A DNA stretch of 64,000 nt from Gammaproteobacteria bacterium (GCA_025350055.1 JANXYK010000022.1:36988-100987), one strand, 5' to 3'; counted from the stretch's first letter, positions 20,508 through 28,823 are shown. The notes: a model not told the origin generated them from the sequence alone. Translations and numbers: made by a program.

Positions 20508-21362
20508 ATGAACAGCGCCGCCGCTGCGGCCTCAGGCGCGGACGCGCGCGCAGCTACGCGTGCGGCCTCGCGTGTAGTCCGTCGCACGCAATACCGGCAT
20601 GGTGCGCCCACGATGGGCGAACGCGTGATCGCTGAAGAGACGGCAATCGCCTTTACCTACAATCGCGTCACCCATGCGGTGATGATGGCGACGCCGGCCG
20701 ATCTCGAGGATTTCGCGGTCGGCTTCAGCCTGGCCGAGGGCATCATCCACGCGCCCGCGGATATCGCGGCGCTGCAGATCGTGGCGGTGGATCTCGGCGT
20801 TGAGCTGCGCATGGATATCAGCGCCACGCTCGCCTCGCAGCTGGAGGCGCGCCGGCGCCACATCGCCGGCGTCAGCGGTTGCGGCATGTGCGGCCTGGAA
20901 AGCCTGGAACAGGCGATGCGCAGGCCACCGACCGTGACATCGCGGCTGACGGTGACGCCCGCGATGATCGCCGCGGCGATCGCGCAATTGCCGGCGCTGC
21001 AAGCGATCAACCAACTCACGCGCGCGGTGCACGCGGCGGCGTTCTGGCAGCCAGCCATTGGGCTGGTCGCGTTACGCGAAGATGTCGGTCGCCACAATGC
21101 GCTCGACAAACTGGCGGGTGCACTGACCAGAACCGGCATCGCAGCGGTCGAGGGCGTGGTGCTGCTCACCAGCCGCGTGTCGATCGAGCTGGTGCAGAAG
21201 GTGGCACTGATGGGCATGCCGATCATCGTGGCCGTGTCGGCGCCGACGGCACTGGCGGTACGGGTCGCCGAGGCCGCGGGCATCACGCTCATCGGCGTGG
21301 CGCGCGAGGATGGATTCGAGATTTTCACGCATGCGCAGCGCATTGCTGCATCGGGAGACTGA
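20508..21362 (+). CDS. fdhD: formate dehydrogenase accessory sulfurtransferase FdhD
   Basis: TPADLEDFAVGFSLAEGII, GCGMCG and GRHNALDK FdhD signatures. Confidence 0.85.
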   Translation: MNSAAAAASGADARAATRAASRVVRRTQYRHGAPTMGERVIAEETAIAFTYNRVTHAVMMATPADLEDFAVGFSLAEGIIHAPADIAALQIVAVDLGVELRMDISATLASQLEARRRHIAGVSGCGMCGLESLEQAMRRPPTVTSRLTVTPAMIAAAIAQLPALQAINQLTRAVHAAAFWQPAIGLVALREDVGRHNALDKLAGALTRTGIAAVEGVVLLTSRVSIELVQKVALMGMPIIVAVSAPTALAVRVAEAAGITLIGVAREDGFEIFTHAQRIAASGD

Positions 21363-21363
21363 G

Positions 21364-21576
21364 ATGGAAGCGGAACGACTGGTCAGCATGGCCAATCAGA
21401 TCGCCGTGTTCTTCGAACACGAGGAACCCGCCAAGGCGGTGGAGCGCACCGCCGATCACCTGCGCAAGTACTGGGATCCGCGCATGCGCAAGGCGATCAT
21501 CGCGCACCTCAAGAGCGGCGGCGCTGGTCTGGCGCCGCTGGTGAAAAGCGCGGTGGGTCTGCTGCCGCAGACGTGA
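21364..21576 (+). CDS. fdsD: formate dehydrogenase delta subunit
   Basis: 70-aa protein LVSMANQIAVFFE....HL.KYWDPRMR typical of FdsD. ATG 21364 is 1 nt after the fdhD stop. Confidence 0.75.
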   Translation: MEAERLVSMANQIAVFFEHEEPAKAVERTADHLRKYWDPRMRKAIIAHLKSGGAGLAPLVKSAVGLLPQT

Positions 21577-22322
21577 GCACCCGCCCGGCCAGCATTTTCC
21601 TGGTCGATGACGAACCCGCCATCGCCGAGGCGGTCAGCTTCGCGCTGCAGGCCGAGGGTTTCCGCTGCCGCCATTTCGCCACTGGCGGCGACTGTCTGGC
21701 CGCACTGGCCGGCGAGCAACCCGACCTGGTGCTGCTGGACATCGGCCTGCCCGATGGCAATGGCTTCGACTTCTTCAGGCGCATCCGCGAGCAGGGCGAT
21801 GTGCCGGTGGTATTCCTGACGGCGCGCAAGGAAGAGATCGATCGCGTGGTCGGGCTCGAGATGGGCGCCGACGACTACGTGGTCAAGCCCTTCAGCCTGC
21901 GCGAGCTGATGGCGCGGGTGCGCATGGTGATCCGTCGCAGTGCGGCGGCGCCAGCGAGCAATGCGGTGTCCGCGACTGCAGCCACGCCGGGTGGTGGTTC
22001 GAGCTCGGCGGGTGCTGCGCCGACTGTGGTTGGTCGATTCCAGCAGGATTCGCTGCGACGTCAGATCCGCTACGCGGGCAGTGCACTCGACCTGACGCTG
22101 CACGAATACCGCCTGCTCGAAGTACTGCTGCGCCACGTGGGTCGCGTGTTCACGCGCGCGCAACTGCTCGATCAGGCCTGGGAAGCGCCCGATCATCGCC
22201 TCGATCGCACCATCGACAGCCACATCAAGAGCCTGCGCGCGAAACTGCGTGCCATCGACGCGACTGCCGATCCGATCCACACGCACCGCGGCATGGGCTA
22301 TTCGCTGGAAATCGGCGCTTGA
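21573..22322 (+). CDS. creB: OmpR-family response regulator, CreB-like, with a low-complexity Ala/Ser/Gly linker insert
   Basis: IFLVDDEP receiver and HRGMGYSL winged helix, paired with a CreC-like kinase. GTG 21573 overlaps the fdsD stop (GTGA). Confidence 0.65.
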   Translation: MSTRPASIFLVDDEPAIAEAVSFALQAEGFRCRHFATGGDCLAALAGEQPDLVLLDIGLPDGNGFDFFRRIREQGDVPVVFLTARKEEIDRVVGLEMGADDYVVKPFSLRELMARVRMVIRRSAAAPASNAVSATAATPGGGSSSAGAAPTVVGRFQQDSLRRQIRYAGSALDLTLHEYRLLEVLLRHVGRVFTRAQLLDQAWEAPDHRLDRTIDSHIKSLRAKLRAIDATADPIHTHRGMGYSLEIGA

Positions 22323-23764
22323 GCATCCGCGCCAAGATCTTCCTGGTATTCGTTGCCGCGGTGGTGGCCGGCTTCGGCCTGCTGGCTTACTGGGTCGCCG
22401 GCGACTTGCGCTCGCGCTACAGCGAATCCTTCGAAGAGGTCATGGTCGATGGTGCGCATCTGCTGGCCGCGCAGCTCGCACAGAGCTGGGAGCAGCCGGC
22501 CACCGATCGATTTGCGGCGTTGCAGGGCGCGATGCAGACGCTGCGCGAGCAGACTTTCTCGGCGCGCATTTACTCCGTCGACAAGACCAGTGCCGATATC
22601 CGCGTCTACGTGACCGATGACCTCGGCGATCTGCTCTACGACTCGCGGCCGGGTTCCACACCGGGCGAAGACTATTCGCGCTGGATCGATGTGGCGCGCA
22701 CGATCGCGGGCGGCTACGGCGCGCGCACCACGGAAGAACCCGCGGCCGCGACGACCACGGTCTCGGTAGCCTACGTGGGCGCGCCCATCCTCGTGAACGG
22801 CAAGCTCGTGGGTGTGGTGAGTCTCGGCAAACCCAAGACCAACATCCAGCGCTTCGTCGACAACGCGCGCCGCAAGCTGATCTATGCGGTGCTGGCCGCC
22901 TCCGGTGTCGCCATCATCCTGGCGCTGCTGCTGTACCTGTGGGTCTCGCGCCCGCTGCAGTCGCTGGTCGAATATGCGCATGCGGTAGGTGAGGGCCGCA
23001 GCGAACATCTGCCGCTGCTGGGTGACAACGAGATCGGCCGCGTCGGCGAGGCGATCGAGACGATGCGCAAGGCGCTCGAGGACAAGGCCTATGTCGAAAC
23101 CTACGTGCAGTCGCTAACGCACGAGGTGAAGAGCCCGCTGACCGCAATCCGTGCCAGCGCCGAGCTGCTCGCAGGCGAGGTGCCCGCTGAACGGCGCGTT
23201 GCATTCGTGCAGACCATCGAGAGCGAAGTCGATCGTCTGAGCGATATTTCTGATCGGCTGCTGGAGCTCGCGGCACTCGAGCGCAGTGGGCGCTTGCGCC
23301 ACGCCGAGCCGGTGGCACTGCATGCGCTGGCAGCTCGGGTTGCGGCTGCAACGCGGGCCAGCGCCGCGGCGCGCGGCGTGAGCGTCACCGAGAGCTACAG
23401 TGGGAGCGACGCGGTGCGCGGTGACCCGCTGCTACTGCAGCAGGCGATCGACAACCTGCTGCGCAACGCGCTGGATTTCTCAGGTGCAGGGCAGACCGTG
23501 GCACTCAGTGCCAGCGCCGACAACCTGGGCGTCACGATCAGCGTGCAGGACGAGGGCCCCGGCATTCCCGAGTACGCGCGCGAGCGAATCTTCGACCGCT
23601 TCTATTCACTGCCGCGGCCGGCGAGCGGCCGCAAGTCCACGGGCCTCGGCCTCAACTTCGTGCGCGAAGTGGCCCAGCTGCACGGGGGCAGCATCACGAT
23701 CGAGAATCCGCCGCGTGGCACGCTGGCGCTGCTGTTCATTCCCTGGCGGCCGCCCTACGCCTGA
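22319..23764 (+). CDS. creC: sensor histidine kinase, CreC-like
   Basis: Periplasmic-domain motifs DYSRWIDV, YGARTT and VVSLGKP. H-box LTHEVKSPLTAIR. C-terminal RIFDRFYSLPR..GLGLNFV matches my recollection of E. coli CreC. TTGA overlap with creB. Confidence 0.65.
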   Translation: MSIRAKIFLVFVAAVVAGFGLLAYWVAGDLRSRYSESFEEVMVDGAHLLAAQLAQSWEQPATDRFAALQGAMQTLREQTFSARIYSVDKTSADIRVYVTDDLGDLLYDSRPGSTPGEDYSRWIDVARTIAGGYGARTTEEPAAATTTVSVAYVGAPILVNGKLVGVVSLGKPKTNIQRFVDNARRKLIYAVLAASGVAIILALLLYLWVSRPLQSLVEYAHAVGEGRSEHLPLLGDNEIGRVGEAIETMRKALEDKAYVETYVQSLTHEVKSPLTAIRASAELLAGEVPAERRVAFVQTIESEVDRLSDISDRLLELAALERSGRLRHAEPVALHALAARVAAATRASAAARGVSVTESYSGSDAVRGDPLLLQQAIDNLLRNALDFSGAGQTVALSASADNLGVTISVQDEGPGIPEYARERIFDRFYSLPRPASGRKSTGLGLNFVREVAQLHGGSITIENPPRGTLALLFIPWRPPYA

Positions 23765-23801
23765 GGACACGCCGCACCGCTGACCCCGGCGGCCGCGCGA
23801 T

Positions 23802-23828
23802 TCCACACGTTCTCCACGTCAATTCCAC
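23802..23828 (+). promoter_or_regulatory. three direct TCCAC repeats with exact 11-bp phasing (cre-tag-like candidate response-regulator site)
   Basis: TCCAC at 23802-06, 23813-17 and 23824-28 (TTCCAC / TCTCCAC / TTCCAC), 60-86 bp upstream of ATG 23888. A GGAG SD sits at 23877-80. Confidence 0.5.
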
Positions 23829-23887
23829 GCCCGCACCACAGTGCGGCTGGAAACTGGCAGCGTCGAAGCCACCCATGGAGAACCCTC

Positions 23888-25888
23888 ATGATCGCCATCA
23901 AGACCCGCCTGCGCCGGCTGTGCACGGTGCTTGCGCTGGTCAGTGTTTTCATCCTGTCCTTCAGCATGAGTCGCGCCGCCGGCGAGCCCGAAACCCCGCA
24001 GTCGCCGTACTTCGCAGTCCAGAACGACTCGGGTCTCGACCAGTTCCCGATGAAGGACAGCAAGATCACGGTGCGCCTGAACGGCGTGATCGCGAGCGTC
24101 CATGTGCGCCAGCACTATCGCAACGAGGGCAAGGCGCCGATCAACGCCCGCTACATCTTTCCGGGCTCCACTCGCGCTGCCGTCAATGCGATGACGATGA
24201 CGATCGGCGATCGCCGGCTGGTGGCGCAGATCAAGGAGAAGCAGCAGGCGCGGCAGATCTTCGCGGCCGCGAAAGCCGCGGGCCAGACAGCCTCGCTCCT
24301 CAGCCAGCAGCGCCCGAATGTGTTTTCGATGGATGTCGCCAACATCGTCGCGGGTGACGATGTCGTGGTCGACATGGAGTACACCGAATTCCTCAGCGCC
24401 AACGAGGGCGTGTACGAATTCATGTACCCGGGCGTGGTCGGTCCGCGCTATGGCGGTGATGCCGATCGCGCGGGACCTGGCCAGGCAGTCGCGTGGATCT
24501 CGAACCCGTACCTGCGCAAGGGCAAGGACAGTGCCACCACGCAGGACATCGAAGTGCAGCTGGCTTCGCCGATCGTGATCCATGACCTGCAGTCGCCCAC
24601 GCACCAGATCATCACGCGCTGGAGCGGCCCCGGCAACGCCGTGGTGCGCCTCAACGAGCCGCGCGAGAGCGCCGGCAATCGCGACTACGTGCTGCGCTAC
24701 CGATTGCAGGACAACGCCATCGTCTCGGGCATCACGCGCTTCACGGCCGGCAATGAAAACTACTTCATGCTGCAGGCCGAGCCGCCCAAGCGCGTGGCGC
24801 GCGCCGACCTGCCGGCGCGCGACTACGTGTTCATCCTCGACATCTCGGGTTCGATGGAGGGCTTTCCGCTCACGACCGCCAAATCGCTGATCGACAAGTT
24901 GCTCGCCGGCCTCAACAGCAACGACCGCTTCAACATCCTGTTTTTTTCCGGCGGCTCGCAGACCCTGAGCCCGGCCTCGCTCCCCGTGACGCCGGAGAAC
25001 CTGGCGCTGGCGCGCGAGATGCTGAGCCACATGTCGGGTGGCGGTGGCACCGAACTGTTGCCGGCGTTGCAACAGGCGCTCGCGATGCCGGTGGCGGAAG
25101 GCACCTCGCGCAGTCTCGTGGTGATCACCGATGGCTACATCACCGCCGAGGGCAGCGCCTTCCGGCTGGTGGACGAAAACCTCGGCCACAACAACCTGTT
25201 CGCCTTCGGCATCGGCAGCGCCGTGAACCGCTTCCTGATCGAGGGACTGGCGAAGGTGGGTCGCGCCGAAGCCTTCGTGGTCAGCAACGAGAACGACGCG
25301 GCGCGCGAAGCCGAGCGCTTCCGCAACTACATCTCGGCGCCGGTTCTGACCGACATCAAGGTGTCGGGCAATGGCGTGGAGCTGTATGACACCGAGCCCG
25401 CGGCGCAGCCCGACCTGCTGGCCGAGCGTCCGATCCTGGTGCTGGGCAAATACCGTGGCGCCAGCGGCACTGCCAGCATCGAGCTCTCGGGCATTGCCGG
25501 CAGTGGTCCGAAGAGCTGGAAGTTCGCACTCAGCGATGCCGACAAGGATCGCAACCTCCCGCTGTTGTGGGCGCGCAAGCGGCTCGAGCGCCTGTATGTG
25601 TTTCCCAATGCGGCCGACACGGCGCGCGAGGAAATCCTAAGCCTCGGCATGAAGTATTCGCTGCTCACCAGCGCGACTTCATTCATCGCGGTTGACGAGA
25701 AGATCTCGAACAGTGGTGCGCCGGCGGCTGATGTCAAGCAGCCCCAGCCACTCCCGGCGGGTGTGGAGAACACTGCCGTCGGCGCACCGCTCCAGCCGGC
25801 GCCCGAGCCCGAGGCACCGCTGCTGGTCTGGTTTGCTGCCCTGTTGCTGGCGCTGCGCGCATTGTTGCGCAGGTCGAGTGGTGTTTAA
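23888..25888 (+). CDS. secreted VIT + von Willebrand factor A domain protein with C-terminal PEP-CTERM-like sorting tail
   Basis: Signal peptide; VIT-like N-terminus (..YIFPGSTRAAVNAMTMTIGDRRLVAQIKEK..RPNVFSMDVANI); MIDAS FILDISGSMEG. The tail is APEPE, then the hydrophobic stretch APLLVWFAALLLALRALL, then RR. Confidence 0.85.
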   Translation: MIAIKTRLRRLCTVLALVSVFILSFSMSRAAGEPETPQSPYFAVQNDSGLDQFPMKDSKITVRLNGVIASVHVRQHYRNEGKAPINARYIFPGSTRAAVNAMTMTIGDRRLVAQIKEKQQARQIFAAAKAAGQTASLLSQQRPNVFSMDVANIVAGDDVVVDMEYTEFLSANEGVYEFMYPGVVGPRYGGDADRAGPGQAVAWISNPYLRKGKDSATTQDIEVQLASPIVIHDLQSPTHQIITRWSGPGNAVVRLNEPRESAGNRDYVLRYRLQDNAIVSGITRFTAGNENYFMLQAEPPKRVARADLPARDYVFILDISGSMEGFPLTTAKSLIDKLLAGLNSNDRFNILFFSGGSQTLSPASLPVTPENLALAREMLSHMSGGGGTELLPALQQALAMPVAEGTSRSLVVITDGYITAEGSAFRLVDENLGHNNLFAFGIGSAVNRFLIEGLAKVGRAEAFVVSNENDAAREAERFRNYISAPVLTDIKVSGNGVELYDTEPAAQPDLLAERPILVLGKYRGASGTASIELSGIAGSGPKSWKFALSDADKDRNLPLLWARKRLERLYVFPNAADTAREEILSLGMKYSLLTSATSFIAVDEKISNSGAPAADVKQPQPLPAGVENTAVGAPLQPAPEPEAPLLVWFAALLLALRALLRRSSGV

Positions 25889-26675
25889 TCCACTGACACA
25901 AGCCCGGCAGTCACTGCTTTGGTGGCTGCCGGCCGCTGGCATCGCTGCAGCGCTGAAGTGGCACTTCAGCGCTGCAGACTCCTGGGCGCTGAATTGGATG
26001 CTGCAGCCGCTGTCGCTTGCACTGCACGGGTTCACCGGTTGGAATTTCCTGCGCACCGCGGATGGCGACTGGACAAGCCGCGATGCCGGCATCGCGCTGG
26101 TGAAAGCCTGCGCAGGCATCAACTTCATGACCATGTCGTTCATCGCCTGGTGCCTGACGTTGCAGCCGAAGTGGGCCGACGCACCGGTGCTGTCGCCAGT
26201 CGCGTTGTGGCCGAAGCGAACGCCGTGGCAGCCGTTGCCGCCCACGCCGGTGTCGGCGTCGGTGCCGGCGCAGCCGCGTCCCGAGCTACTCGAGTGCGCA
26301 CGGCGGCTGGCAGCGGCGCTGCTGCTCGCCTGGCTCAGCGCACTCGCCGTCAATACGCTGCGCGTGATCGCCGTGGTGCACTGGCAACCGTCATTGCAAC
26401 AGTGGATGGCACCTGAAACCGCGCATCGGCTGATCGGCATAGTGATCTACCTGAGCGCACTCACGCTGCAGCTGCTGCCGGGCGAGGGGCGGCGCTGGAA
26501 CAAGGCCGCGCTTCACGGCGCGCTGATCTATGGCGCCGTGATGCTGATCCTGCCCATGTTGAGTGGCAACGCCGTGGCGAGCCCGGCGCAATACGTCGAG
26601 CATGCACTCGCGGTGCTGATCGTCATGGTGCCGCTGCTCGCGGCGGCGCTGCTCAGCCGATATGGAACACGTTGA
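25878..26675 (+). CDS. compact exosortase/archaeosortase-family intramembrane protein (about 265 aa, about 7 TM)
   Basis: Motifs in the expected order inside TM helices: ACAGI (Cys 26109-11), NTLRV (Arg 26361-63) and AHRLIG (His 26424-26). GTG 25878/25881 overlaps the TAA of the VIT gene (25886-88). Track ORF start 25692 rejected. Confidence 0.7.
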   Translation: MVFNPLTQARQSLLWWLPAAGIAAALKWHFSAADSWALNWMLQPLSLALHGFTGWNFLRTADGDWTSRDAGIALVKACAGINFMTMSFIAWCLTLQPKWADAPVLSPVALWPKRTPWQPLPPTPVSASVPAQPRPELLECARRLAAALLLAWLSALAVNTLRVIAVVHWQPSLQQWMAPETAHRLIGIVIYLSALTLQLLPGEGRRWNKAALHGALIYGAVMLILPMLSGNAVASPAQYVEHALAVLIVMVPLLAAALLSRYGTR

Positions 26676-27021
26676 GCTTGTTGCCGTCGAGGTCGCGGAA
26701 GTAGCCGGCGTAGAAGCCATCGCCGCGCGGGCCGGGCGCGCCTTCGTCCTTGCCGCCCAGTGCCATGGCCTTGCCATGCAGCGCATCGACCTTGGCCTTG
26801 CTGTCGACCACCAGCGACACCATTGAACCGTTGCCTATGGTCGCGGGTTTCTTGTCATAGGGCAGGATTACGCCGAGCCCGGGCAGCTGCGGGTTCACGC
26901 TCCAGGCCACCAGCCGCTCGGATTCCATCATGCGCTTGGCGCCCAGTTCGCCCAGCAGTGCATCGTAGAAGCCCGCAGCGCGTTGCAGATTGTTGGTGCC
27001 CAGTGTGACGTAGCCGATCAT
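26653..27021 (-). CDS. VOC/glyoxalase-family protein
   Basis: 122 aa, MIGYVTLGTNNL...FYAGYFRDLDGNKL typical of the glyoxalase/bleomycin-resistance fold. Confidence 0.8.
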   Translation of the reverse strand: MIGYVTLGTNNLQRAAGFYDALLGELGAKRMMESERLVAWSVNPQLPGLGVILPYDKKPATIGNGSMVSLVVDSKAKVDALHGKAMALGGKDEGAPGPRGDGFYAGYFRDLDGNKLNVFHIG

Positions 27022-27151
27022 GGTGCGCTCCTTGAGTGGGGATTCCTGAGATCGGCGTGCATGCTGCGCCCGCCACCATCGATCGTCAATTCCTGGTCGC
27101 CCGCGTACACTAGCGCCGCCACAGTCAGCCAGAAACCCGGGAGTCGCTGTC

Positions 27152-27544
27152 GTGAAAATTTACCTGCTCTGTTCCGCGTTGCTGGTGATCCTGTATTTCC
27201 TGCTGGCCTTCAATGTGTCGATGGTGCGTGGCAAGACCCGCATTGGCGTGGGCAGCAACACCGACCCCTCCGGCCCGCTCAACAAGGCAATACGCGCGCA
27301 TGGCAACGCCGCCGAGTACCTGCCGCTGTTCGTGACGATCTTCCTGTATTTCAGCCTGGTGGGCGCCAGTCGCTGGGTGGCCTGGGTGACGGTCGCGGTC
27401 ACGATATGCCGGTTTTCGCACGCGCTGGGCATGTACCTGTCGGCGGATCTGAACAAGGCGCAGCCGTTCCGCTTCATCGGCGCACTGGGCACCTATGCTG
27501 GCGGCATTGCGCTGGGCGTGGCACTGCTGCTGCGGTGCTGTTAG
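27152..27544 (+). CDS. MAPEG-family membrane protein (YecN-like)
   Basis: 130 aa, 3-4 TM, with IRAHGNAAEYLP matching the MAPEG/YecN motif. GTG start with GGGAG SD. Confidence 0.75.
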   Translation: MKIYLLCSALLVILYFLLAFNVSMVRGKTRIGVGSNTDPSGPLNKAIRAHGNAAEYLPLFVTIFLYFSLVGASRWVAWVTVAVTICRFSHALGMYLSADLNKAQPFRFIGALGTYAGGIALGVALLLRCC

Positions 27545-28809
27545 TGGATTCGGCCGCTACGCCCGAGCAAGTCGCGCAGTCAACGATCAAGCCCGGCGTG
27601 CCTGCGCCGCGCGGCGTGATCACCTTCATCATGCTGATGATGCTCATCGACGCGATGGGCATCGGCATCTCGGCGCCCGTGGCGCCGCGACTAATCATGG
27701 AGTTGACGGGCAATCCCGTGAACGATGCCGCCGGCATGGGCGGATGGCTGATGGCCGCCTACGCCGCGATGCAGTTCCTGTTTGCGCCGATACTGGGAAA
27801 CCTCAGCGATCATTTCGGTCGCCGCCCGGTGCTGCTGGTCTCGCTGGCCTCGCTCGTGATCGACTACCTGATCATGGGCTTCGCGCCCAGCTTGGGCTGG
27901 TTGTTCGTCGGCAGGATCCTCGCCGGATCAGCGGCCGCGACTTATCCGACCGCGAACGCCGTGATTGCCGATGTGATCCCGGCGCAAGAGCGCGCACGTT
28001 ACTTCGGCATGCTGGGCGCTGGTTGGGGTGTGGGCTTCATACTGGGCCCGGTGGTGGGCGGCCTGCTGGGCGGCTTTGGTTCGCGCGTGCCGTTTTTTGC
28101 AGCTGCGGCGCTGGTGGCGGTCAACCTGCTGCTGGGCCTCGCGGTATTCAGGGAAACCCTGGCGCTTGAAAACCGCCGGCCCTTCGCGCTCAAGCGCTCG
28201 CACATGCTGGCGGCGCTGCGCGAACTGCGCGCCTATCCGGTGGCGTTGTTGCTGCTGGTCGTGGTGGTCCTGTACCAGATCGCGCACGATGTGCTGCCCG
28301 CGACCTGGACCTTCTACATGATCGAGCGTTTCCACTGGAGTCCGCGCGAGATCGGCTTGTCGCTGGCGGTGGTGGGCATCTGCACCGCAATCGTGCAAGG
28401 CGGGCTGGTGGGCCCGGTCACCGGGCGCCTGGGCGAGAAGCGCAGCGTCTACGTGGGCCTGTCGATCGGTGCGATCTCGATGCTGGGCTACGCCTTCGCG
28501 CCTTCGCCGCCATGGCTGATGCTGGCGATTGCGGTCGGCGCCTTCATCGGGCTGACGATGCCCGCACTGCAGAGCGTGATGACGCGCAATGTTGCCGCCA
28601 ATGCGCAGGGCGAACTGCAGGGCGCGATCGCCGGCATCGGGAGCCTGGTTGCCATTTTCGCGCCGCTGGCGATGACGCAGCTGTTCCGCAACTTTGCGTC
28701 CGCCAGTCCGCCGTTCGGACTGCACCTGCCGGGCGCGGCATTTGTCGCCGGTGCCCTGGTACTGCTCTTGGCAGTGGTATTCTTCAGGCGAGCCATACAT
28801 CAATCGTGA
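27544..28809 (+). CDS. MFS transporter, Tet/TCR drug:H+ antiporter-like
   Basis: 12-TM profile and GNLSDHFGRRPVLL MFS motif A. GTG 27544 overlaps the MAPEG stop by 1 nt. The 608-aa track ORF is over-extended. Confidence 0.8.
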   Translation: MDSAATPEQVAQSTIKPGVPAPRGVITFIMLMMLIDAMGIGISAPVAPRLIMELTGNPVNDAAGMGGWLMAAYAAMQFLFAPILGNLSDHFGRRPVLLVSLASLVIDYLIMGFAPSLGWLFVGRILAGSAAATYPTANAVIADVIPAQERARYFGMLGAGWGVGFILGPVVGGLLGGFGSRVPFFAAAALVAVNLLLGLAVFRETLALENRRPFALKRSHMLAALRELRAYPVALLLLVVVVLYQIAHDVLPATWTFYMIERFHWSPREIGLSLAVVGICTAIVQGGLVGPVTGRLGEKRSVYVGLSIGAISMLGYAFAPSPPWLMLAIAVGAFIGLTMPALQSVMTRNVAANAQGELQGAIAGIGSLVAIFAPLAMTQLFRNFASASPPFGLHLPGAAFVAGALVLLLAVVFFRRAIHQS

Positions 28810-28823
28810 CGGAGGAGATCGCC

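Noticed and set aside
23845-23865. Possible sigma-54 promoter (GG..GC) upstream of the VIT gene
   Set aside because: The GG to GC spacing is one nt short of the -24/-12 consensus, and the flanking bases do not match TGGCAC/TTGC.
25692-25877. N-terminal extension of the exosortase-like ORF (track start 25692)
   Set aside because: It overlaps the C-terminal 62 codons of the VIT-vWA gene and reads as Arg/Ser-rich sequence. The first TM helix follows GTG 25878.
26983-28809. 608-aa ORF suggesting a very large transporter
   Set aside because: The first ~187 codons overlap the MAPEG gene in another frame and look non-protein-like. MFS homology begins just after GTG 27544.
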